Shown: piece after piece, positions 56,564-64,000 of the stretch
How positions within the stretch are numbered: the first letter of the stretch is position 1
How the letters are laid out: each line of letters begins with the position of its first letter
Assembly (NCBI GenBank): GCA_037444125.1
Contig: JBBINA010000003.1
Span: forward strand, 3,167-67,166
Reading direction: 5' to 3'
Origin: a bacterium
Lineage (GTDB): Bacteria; Patescibacteriota; Minisyncoccia; JBBINA01
Length of the DNA stretch: 64,000 nt
Translations under genes and position numbers: made by a program
Notes under the pieces: generated by a model
What the model saw: only the letters and a program-made list of their open reading frames with translations
Told to the model about the DNA's origin: nothing
The model's database searches: none

Positions 56564-59314
56564 CTACTTACCGTGGCATTTTTTATATTTTTTACCGCTC
56601 CCGCAAGGACAAGGTTCATTACGACCGACTTTCCGACCAAACTCAGACTTACGCTCGTGATATCGGTAATAAACATTGCCTTTTGTCTGCAATTTTTCCT
56701 CGCTCATATTAATATTTTCCCGAACATTCTCTATTGGCAACACATTAACCTCTTCTTTGGAAAAAACAATGTTACGCGGGTGCTCCTCTTGTTTTTTTTC
56801 GGTCATTTCAACTTTAAAAAATATCTGAACAACTTGACTTTCAATATGATTCAATAAAACAGAAAAGTGCCGTCGCGCTTCTGTTTTGTATTCGACCAAG
56901 GGATCACGTTGTCCATAAGCCCTTAACCTAACCGCGTCGCGCAATTCCTGAAGCACAGTTAAATGTTCCTGCCAATAAAAATCAATATTATGTAAAATAA
57001 AATATCTTAAAACTTCATTAATTAAATCTTGACCAAATTTTTTTTCGCGCTTTTCAAATTCTTGACAAAATATAGTATACAAATAGTCAATAATTTCTTT
57101 TTGTTTAAGATGAGGACTTAAGCTTGTTTTAGTTAAACCATCAAGTTCTTTATGAAGGTCAAAAGTCGGTTTAATAATATTCTTTATCTCTTCGCTTAAT
57201 TCCTCCACATCCCAGGCCCCAACATTCATAACCGGCAAAAGAACCTCGACAATATTCTTAATATATCGTTTCACTTGCTCCAAAAAATTATCTTTAAGAA
57301 CAAAAGTTTTATTCTCTTTATATGTCTCGTAATCTTGCAAAACTTGCCTACGTAGGCGATAAATAGTTTGCCTCTGAACATTCAAAACATCATCATACTC
57401 AAGCACATGCTTTCGCAAATCAAAATTAAGTGCTTCAATTTTGCTCTGCGCCTTTTCAATCAAAGAACTAATAAAAGGGTGTTGAATTGGTTCATTATCG
57501 GGCATCCTAAAACGTTCCATTACCTGCTTAAGACGGTCTCCGCCCAAAACTCTTAAAATTTCATCTTCCAAAGAAACAATAAATTGAGACTCGCCTGGAT
57601 CTCCTTGACGACCGGAGCGTCCCCGCAGCTGATTATCAATACGCCTAGCTTCATGCCGCTCCGTGCCCAAAACAAAAAGCCCGCCCGCTTTAATTACACG
57701 TTCCCTTTCTTCAGGAATAACAGGATTACCTCCTAAAATGATATCAACACCACGACCAGCCATATTTGTTGCTACTGTAACTGCTCGAAAACGCCCAGCC
57801 TGGGCAATAATTTCTCCTTCCTTCTCATGATTTTTTGCATTTAAAACATTATGGGGAATATTAGCTTTGCGCAAATATTTAGATATTTCTTCGTTTTTAT
57901 CAATGGAACGCGTGCCGATTAGAACGGGTTGACCCGTTTTATGTCTTTCTATTACCTCCCTCACAATAGCTTCATATTTTTCCTTCTCGGTTTTAAAAAT
58001 TTTGTCGGGATAATCGCGACGGATCATTGGTTTATTAGTCGGCACTACCACAGCTTCCAAATTATAAACTTTATAAAACTCTTCGCTTGAAGTCTCGGCT
58101 GTACCAGTCATACCAGCCAATTTTTCATATAGACGAAAATAGTTCTGAAAAGTAATAGTTGCCAAAGTCCTTGATTCAGCTTTAACTTCAACGTTTTCCT
58201 GCGCTTCAATAGCCTGATGTAATCCTTCAGAAAAACGCCTACCATAAAGAAGCCTGCCAGTAAACTCGTCAACAATTATAACTTCGCCATCTCGTACCAC
58301 ATAGTCTCTATCACGTTTATATAAAGCCTTAGCCCTTAAAGCTTGAGTTATATGATGCAAGGTCCGCACATCACCTCCTTTATATGGATCGCGGCCGAGA
58401 ATTTTAGTTATTTTGTCAATTCCTTTTTCAGTCAAGGATACGGCTTTCATTTTATAATCAAGATTGTAGTCCTCATTTTCAATAAAACCGCTGATATGAC
58501 GTGCAAATTCATTATAACGGTTAGTAGCTTCAAAGTCCGGCTGTGAAATAATAAGAGGTGTACGCGACTCATCAATCAATATTGAATCCACTTCATCAAC
58601 AATGGCATAATAATGACCTCTCTGCGAAACATCCTTAAGGCTATGCACAAGATTGTCTCGCAAATAGTCAAAACCAAATTCATTATTAGTACCATAAGTA
58701 ATATCGCACAAATAAGCCTCTCGGCGAGAAATTGGACGCAAATGTTGATGAAATACCTTAAAGGCGCCGGTTTTCTTTTCTTCTTGTTCAAGGCTCTGCG
58801 ATTCTTCTATGTGAGTTGGGTCATAGATATAAGAGGCTTCGTGAACTATGCAGGCCGTTTTTAAACCTAATAAGTCATAAATCTGTCCCATCCAAGCTGT
58901 ATCGCGTTGCGCTAAATAATCATTAACAGTAACCAAATGGCAACCTTTTCCCGTTAGAGCATTCAAATAAAGCGGCAAGGTCGCCACCAAGGTTTTACCT
59001 TCGCCTGTCTTCATCTCAGCAATTTTTCCTTGATGCAAAACAATACCACCAATAAGTTGAACATCGTAATGACGCTGGCCGATGGTGCGCTTGGCGGCTT
59101 CTCTTACTAAAGCAAAAGCTTCGGGCAAAATATCGTCAAGGGTTTGTCCTTGTTTTAATCTTTCTTTAAATTCCTCTGTTTTAAGCTTCAAATCTGGGGT
59201 CTTAATCTTCTCAAAATCTGGCTCAAGTTTATTAATTTTTTCAATAATCGGCGCCATTCTCTTAAGCAATCTCTGTTGGGGGTTGCCGAATAAATTTGAA
59301 ATAAATTTAAACAT
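56564..59314 (-). CDS. secA: Preprotein translocase ATPase SecA
   Basis: MKTGEGKT, VDEVDSILIDE, ATNMAGRGVDI, RIDNQLRGRSGRQGDPG, SEC-C GRNEPCPCGSGKKYKKCHG. Confidence 0.98.
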   Translation of the reverse strand: MFKFISNLFGNPQQRLLKRMAPIIEKINKLEPDFEKIKTPDLKLKTEEFKERLKQGQTLDDILPEAFALVREAAKRTIGQRHYDVQLIGGIVLHQGKIAEMKTGEGKTLVATLPLYLNALTGKGCHLVTVNDYLAQRDTAWMGQIYDLLGLKTACIVHEASYIYDPTHIEESQSLEQEEKKTGAFKVFHQHLRPISRREAYLCDITYGTNNEFGFDYLRDNLVHSLKDVSQRGHYYAIVDEVDSILIDESRTPLIISQPDFEATNRYNEFARHISGFIENEDYNLDYKMKAVSLTEKGIDKITKILGRDPYKGGDVRTLHHITQALRAKALYKRDRDYVVRDGEVIIVDEFTGRLLYGRRFSEGLHQAIEAQENVEVKAESRTLATITFQNYFRLYEKLAGMTGTAETSSEEFYKVYNLEAVVVPTNKPMIRRDYPDKIFKTEKEKYEAIVREVIERHKTGQPVLIGTRSIDKNEEISKYLRKANIPHNVLNAKNHEKEGEIIAQAGRFRAVTVATNMAGRGVDIILGGNPVIPEERERVIKAGGLFVLGTERHEARRIDNQLRGRSGRQGDPGESQFIVSLEDEILRVLGGDRLKQVMERFRMPDNEPIQHPFISSLIEKAQSKIEALNFDLRKHVLEYDDVLNVQRQTIYRLRRQVLQDYETYKENKTFVLKDNFLEQVKRYIKNIVEVLLPVMNVGAWDVEELSEEIKNIIKPTFDLHKELDGLTKTSLSPHLKQKEIIDYLYTIFCQEFEKREKKFGQDLINEVLRYFILHNIDFYWQEHLTVLQELRDAVRLRAYGQRDPLVEYKTEARRHFSVLLNHIESQVVQIFFKVEMTEKKQEEHPRNIVFSKEEVNVLPIENVRENINMSEEKLQTKGNVYYRYHERKSEFGRKVGRNEPCPCGSGKKYKKCHGK

Positions 59315-59333
59315 AAATATATTTAACTTAATA

Positions 59334-59696
59334 TTATTCAAACTGCAGTCGCATATTTTCTTTAATACGCCTACTTTTACGCCTCTTAAGATCTAATATC
59401 TTTTCTTTATATTTTTTAAGTTCAATCAATATTTCTTTTACGGCCTCATCAAGGGCTGTCTGAAAATTTTCACCTATACCAACTGACCGCAAGGCTTTCC
59501 TCTTAAGAGGAATATCAATAATTATATTAAGAAATGGTCCTTTTTTGCGGCGAGCTAAACGACTAACTTCAAACCAAAGGTCTTTTTTACCGGGCATCGC
59601 TCCTAAAATTTCTTTAAGTTTATTAATCTTTTTATTAAAATAATTTAGGTCTAAATCGCTCGGCTGAAAGTCACGCCAAATAATTTTATGATCCAT
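59334..59696 (-). CDS. hpf: HPF/RaiA-like ribosome-associated protein
   Basis: Y..KKI.KL, LRS....ENFQTALDEAV..I..ELKKYKEK; position upstream of secA. Confidence 0.65.
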   Translation of the reverse strand: MDHKIIWRDFQPSDLDLNYFNKKINKLKEILGAMPGKKDLWFEVSRLARRKKGPFLNIIIDIPLKRKALRSVGIGENFQTALDEAVKEILIELKKYKEKILDLKRRKSRRIKENMRLQFE

Positions 59697-59768
59697 TATA
59701 GTATATTAACTTGTAAAAAGATTTTAAAAACTTTGATAATAAAAGTCAAATAAAACCATTTATCGCTC

Positions 59769-61272
59769 TTAACTGTCGTAATAGTTAAATTCAAGCTCAT
59801 TAACTGTATAAATCTAATCAAATTTAAAACCGCGTTTATAAAAAACAGCTTCATTCTAAATCCATTTTTTCTGCTTACCCATGACTTCAAAAAATTTATA
59901 ATCGCCTAATCTTTGAATAAGACTTGAAGTAGCATGCATATCAATTATATCCTCGGTCAATTCATAAACTAATGCCTCTTTCAAATGAACGTATAGTGGC
60001 AACACCTCTTGGGCAACCGGTCTTTTATATTTTCCTTTAATTATATAAATTAAATTGCTGTTTTTGATTTTATAAGAGTGCCGTCTCCAAAATCTGTAAC
60101 GGGGTATTTTAGCTCTAAAGATATTCTTTTCCCTTGAATTGTTTTGCTTTCATCAAAATTATCTTGTCCAAACAAAGACAAACCAATAACTAAATTGGCA
60201 GCTCCACTTGAATCAATAATAATGCTTTCTCTTTCGCTCACTCGACGGTATTCTGTTTCAAAAAATCCGTTAACTAATTTTTTTCGAATAACCATACTCA
60301 AAAATGTTTCCTTATTAAAGGGCCCATCTCCCTTTAAACTAAATTTAGCTACATTCTGGGGATTAAATATTTCCACAAAATAAATTTGCGTATCTTTCAG
60401 GACATAATCTAATTTAAAAGTCGTCTTGGAACTATTTAAAGTAATATAATTATTTACCCAAATACGCCACTAATATAAAGCTCATTTATAAATTCTATAA
60501 AAATCCTGCTTAAATCAAGACTTGAACCTGAAAATAATAAAGTTTTATTAAACAATTCTTCGCCTGTTGCCTGAATAATAAAAAGTTTTTTAAGAAAATC
60601 AACGCCATATCTTCGTGCTAAGAAATCTTTAAATAAATTCACACTACCATAATCCACGCGCTCGTTTCGCCACTCGCGCAATGAATCATTTTTTACATAA
60701 ATAGTATTTATAGTAATCAATATAACAAAAATAACTAGCTAACCACTCTGCTCTAAGCTCATTGAGCCAAACATCATCAACTTTTTGAATTTTTTTTCTT
60801 TTAAATGAAATGAAATAAAGTGCCCTAATTCATGGACAAAAATTTATACAAGTCCCTAGGCTAAAATAAAAATTCAGTATTGAGATTAATATTATCGGGC
60901 GTACTATAATTAAAATAGCCGCCGGCCCGTTGTTTTATTGAACTTAAGGCAATATTAGCTTTTGGAATGTCTGTCTCTAAAAAACTTCTAAGTCGCGGCA
61001 AAATATTATTTTCATAGGTAGAGGCCAAGCCATTTATAACAATAATGGTACCCTGACGCGTCTGCGGTACAAGGACGTTATAATATGCTTCATCTATATA
61101 AAAATTAATCAATTCCCCCTGAAAAACTAAAGAAGCATTTATCTTCTCTCAAAAGCATCATAGGTGGGGTCAACTACAAAAATTTGCTTACTTTCCTGAG
61201 CCATAACAATACCATCAGATACAAAAAAATGAATCCCAAAACTGCAAAAATTTTAATTACTAAATGTCGCAT
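59769..61272 (-). pseudogene. Decayed secreted zinc metallopeptidase-like gene
   Basis: Fragments in shifting frames: signal peptide (ATG 61272), FVVDPTYDA, FYIDE, AGGYFN, VHELGH (HExxH), VWLNE, DYGSVNLF, DGTLIK, IYIIKGKYKR. Several frameshifts, plus in-frame TAG stops near 59815-59860. Confidence 0.7.
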
Positions 61273-61278
61273 ATCAAC

Positions 61279-63042
61279 CTAGCGAAAATACTTTAAAAAC
61301 TTAATCAAAATCGTTCGACGGTAAATAAAAAAGTAGCTTATGATGCTCGAACTAATTAAAACAAGAATGATTACCGCAACGCCGCCGTAGTTAAAACCAG
61401 GATTTGACTTTAAAAGATTGGCTATATCTTGATTGTATGTTGATGCCAATAAGCTTCCATCCTCTAGTCGAGAAGCTAAAGCTTTTTTTATAAAGCTAAT
61501 ATCGTCAAGATCTAACGCTCCAGGCGCTTGAGCAATATATTGGGTTTTATTTTTAGTTAAACATTGCGTCTGACTAGGTTCCTTTAAGGTATTAAAACTA
61601 AAGTTCGCTACGAGGTTAAGATTTTTTATTTCCGAGGTAGTAGCTATATTGCTAACCTTACTTATGACAGGCTGCTTTTGTAAAGAAAATTTGTCATTTT
61701 TAAAATAGATGATGTTAGTTGCTGCAGGCGTTGGAATTTGGGAGAAAAAATACTTGTCGTTTTTGCGGGCAACCGCAAAACCTTCTTTTAAGCCCTGATA
61801 GTTGACTTCTTGCAGTAAAAATCTTTCTGGCGTCAGTAGTCTAACAACACCATTGTCGTTTTTTAGATTCAAACGCGTATTAGCGTTTTGCAAGACTAAA
61901 AATGAATCTTCAAATAATAATGTACCTTCCGGAATAACAAATTTATCACTAGCTGTTTCCAAAATATAACCTGAAATATCAACCGGAAAATCATTACTAT
62001 TATAAAGCTCTATCCACTCGTTGTTTTGGTCCCTACCGATAGGATTAGGCATAAGCTCATTAATAAAAATGTTTTTGGGATAAACATTAACTATTGATGA
62101 AACTCTCAATTCATTAACTGAATCTTTAACTGACAAGGTTAAAGTATAACGGCCTGGATAAAGGTAAAAATGTACAGCTTTAGCGTCTTTAGAGATGACA
62201 CCATCGCCAAAATTCCAATTAAAAGTAAGGGTTTCGTTTTCTGGATCTTGAATTAAAGAATTGTCTAGATTAAGTTTTTCGCCAACTAGCAAATAAATGC
62301 TGTCTGGCAAATTAATTATTGGCGGCTTGTTTAAGTTTGCACTTAAAGCGCTATTTTGACTTTTCTCCGAAGCAACATTATTAGGCAAACTGCCTGTAGC
62401 GCTCGTTGTGGAAGTTAGGGTTTCCGGTGTTAAATTCGGCTGCTTTATAAAAGGAGCGCGTTTGGGCGTGCCGAGTATTAACCCATCTTTGGAATCAAGG
62501 CCGTTGCTATTTATACCGCTATGTGTTATCCAATTATTAAAGTCGCTTCCTTGACCCAAAAGATTAATGCGTTCCATAGATTTGTAATCTGGACCGGTCG
62601 TACCGGCAGGCCAACCTGAACTAAAATTAACTTCGTCAACAATCTGACCAGAGGAATTCTTTATCACTAAATATTCACCGTTATTACTTAGACCATTGCC
62701 GCCAAAAGAACCAACTAAATCTGCATTAATATCTGAAATCACTTTATCGTCTGTCCTTTCTATAAGATAAAAACTTTGGGGCAAAATCTCTCCTTTAAGC
62801 GCCAAAACTAAAGTTTCGCCACCTTTTTCGTATAAACCCCAACCATCAAGATTAATAACCGCATCAGTTGTATTAAAAAGCTCTAGCCATTCATCGTTTG
62901 TTGAAGCTTTGGTACCAGACCAGGCAATCTCAGAAATAACCACCGATAGGTTTTGATCAGCTAAAACACTCCTCTGTCCAAAAGAAAAGAATAAAGCCAA
63001 TGTAAAAAAATTTACCATTAAAAATCTGAATAATGAGAACAT
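61279..63042 (-). CDS. Surface protein with lamin-tail (LTD) - PKD - LTD domains and C-terminal TM anchor
   Basis: VVISEIAW..EWLELFN..INLDGW; WNFGDG..H.Y.YPGRYTLTLSV; IFINELMPNP.G.D..EWIELYN..VDISGY. Confidence 0.8.
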   Translation of the reverse strand: MFSLFRFLMVNFFTLALFFSFGQRSVLADQNLSVVISEIAWSGTKASTNDEWLELFNTTDAVINLDGWGLYEKGGETLVLALKGEILPQSFYLIERTDDKVISDINADLVGSFGGNGLSNNGEYLVIKNSSGQIVDEVNFSSGWPAGTTGPDYKSMERINLLGQGSDFNNWITHSGINSNGLDSKDGLILGTPKRAPFIKQPNLTPETLTSTTSATGSLPNNVASEKSQNSALSANLNKPPIINLPDSIYLLVGEKLNLDNSLIQDPENETLTFNWNFGDGVISKDAKAVHFYLYPGRYTLTLSVKDSVNELRVSSIVNVYPKNIFINELMPNPIGRDQNNEWIELYNSNDFPVDISGYILETASDKFVIPEGTLLFEDSFLVLQNANTRLNLKNDNGVVRLLTPERFLLQEVNYQGLKEGFAVARKNDKYFFSQIPTPAATNIIYFKNDKFSLQKQPVISKVSNIATTSEIKNLNLVANFSFNTLKEPSQTQCLTKNKTQYIAQAPGALDLDDISFIKKALASRLEDGSLLASTYNQDIANLLKSNPGFNYGGVAVIILVLISSSIISYFFIYRRTILIKFLKYFR

Positions 63043-63193
63043 ACTTAATTAAACGATTTATATTATTTTAATAAGTTTATCTCAAACAATTTATAATAAA
63101 GAAATTATTTTGTCTATCTTGATAAAAATTTTAAACAACTTATAATAAAAGGTGTTCTTTGCAAATATATTCATCAAGAGGTGATTGAGGTTT

Positions 63194-63469
63194 ATGTACC
63201 CCGCAACAACGAAACGACCCTACACTATTAAAGCGATACTTGAAAGAAAACCCGAAATCAAAGCTTTATTTTGGCTAGATAATACAATTCATGTCGAGGA
63301 GCATCTTGACGCATTCTCTCTCGAGGATGCCGAACTTAAATTCCGCAAACTTGTTCTAAAAAAGTTCCCGCAATATTATATTAAAGAAATATCTGAAATA
63401 TTTGCTCATCATATATTTAAATCAAGTACCTTTATAAAAATGGTTTGGCGAATGCCTCGACTCTTTTAA
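63194..63469 (+). CDS. Hypothetical small protein
   Basis: Upstream TTGATA-N16-TATAAT and GAGG SD; followed by a terminator. Confidence 0.5.
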   Translation: MYPATTKRPYTIKAILERKPEIKALFWLDNTIHVEEHLDAFSLEDAELKFRKLVLKKFPQYYIKEISEIFAHHIFKSSTFIKMVWRMPRLF

Positions 63470-63481
63470 GAAGAGACAGAC

Positions 63482-63513
63482 AAAAACGCGCCCGTAATCT
63501 TACGGGCGTTTTT
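63482..63513. terminator. Bidirectional intrinsic terminator
   Basis: AAAAACG-CGCCCGTAA-TC-TTACGGGCG-TTTTT between convergent genes. Confidence 0.8.
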
Positions 63514-63519
63514 ATAATA

Positions 63520-64000
63520 TCACTTCGAAAGAAGCTCAATTTCAGATTGATAATGATCCCTGTTTTTACTGTCTTGCTCAGCTAGCTTTTTATATGCCTC
63601 AATGGCTAAATCCTTTTTACCAACATTCTTATAATATTCAGCTAAATGTTTATAAAAAGTAGTGACCACTTTATCGCCTTTAAACTTTTCAATTACTCCT
63701 CTAATATAATTAACCGCGCTTGCCTCATCTCCAAGTTTAAGGGCATAAATATCAAAAATTGCTAAATAACCTTCAATTTCCTCTGGAAAATTAGTCACCA
63801 AATTATCATAAGCCCAAAGGGCTTTGTTATATTTCTTTTGGTCGCGATAAATTGAACCAAGATTGTTCCAAGGCACACGAGCCAAATTTGATATTTTAAT
63901 AGCCTCAAGATAGGCACTCTCGGCGCCTCTAAAATCGCCAAACGCCTGCAAGACTACACCTTTATCTACCCAAGCATTATAATTCTTCCTATCTTTAGCT
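63520..64000 (-). CDS. Tetratricopeptide-repeat protein (5' end outside the window)
   Basis: AWVDKGVVLQAFGDFRGAESAYLEAI, WNNLGSIY....Y.KA..AY; frame open to the window edge. Confidence 0.8.
   Translation of the reverse strand, partial: AKDRKNYNAWVDKGVVLQAFGDFRGAESAYLEAIKISNLARVPWNNLGSIYRDQKKYNKALWAYDNLVTNFPEEIEGYLAIFDIYALKLGDEASAVNYIRGVIEKFKGDKVVTTFYKHLAEYYKNVGKKDLAIEAYKKLAEQDSKNRDHYQSEIELLSK

Noticed and set aside
56518-56857. Plus-strand ORFs over the secA 3' end
   Set aside because: Antisense shadows of secA.
59769-59870. In-frame TAG codons suggesting amber recoding
   Set aside because: They are confined to a gene that also has frameshifts; intact genes such as rpmE and recR terminate at TAG.

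Overview
This is an AT-rich chromosomal segment, most consistent with a Patescibacteria/CPR (Parcubacteria-like) bacterium using the standard genetic code. That assignment is inferred from gene content, not from a database search. Most of the window is housekeeping genes: ftsH (partial), rpsA, hup, rny, clpP, tig, nusA, gyrA, tsaD, rplU, recR, dnaB, rpsF-ssb-rpsR, rpmE-prfA, rplY, a pfkB/transketolase/rpe/gap/ppsA carbon block, secA, hpf, and two tRNAs (Arg-GCG, Trp-CCA). The most striking part is a surface-structure island at about 11.6-33.3 kb. An orphan sugar-binding protein is followed by six tandem TrbC/VirB2-like pilins; one is fused to a very Cys-rich domain, and one has its own promoter, SD and terminator. 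The array ends 5 bp from a convergent ~14 kb chain of four GT2 and seven GT-C-type membrane glycosyltransferases, arranged as repeating GT2+GT-C cassettes. The two GT-C genes touching the pilins carry STT3/AglB-like motifs. A VirD4/TraD-like ATPase operon lies ~6 kb further on. Together this is a candidate pilus/surface-protein glycosylation system (inference). Other oddities are an RF1 lacking domain 1, GyrA with Leu83/Pro84, a GCG-anticodon tRNA-Arg, probable leaderless transcripts, a frameshifted GT-C gene and a decayed metallopeptidase pseudogene. No CRISPR array, transposase, integrase or rRNA was seen.
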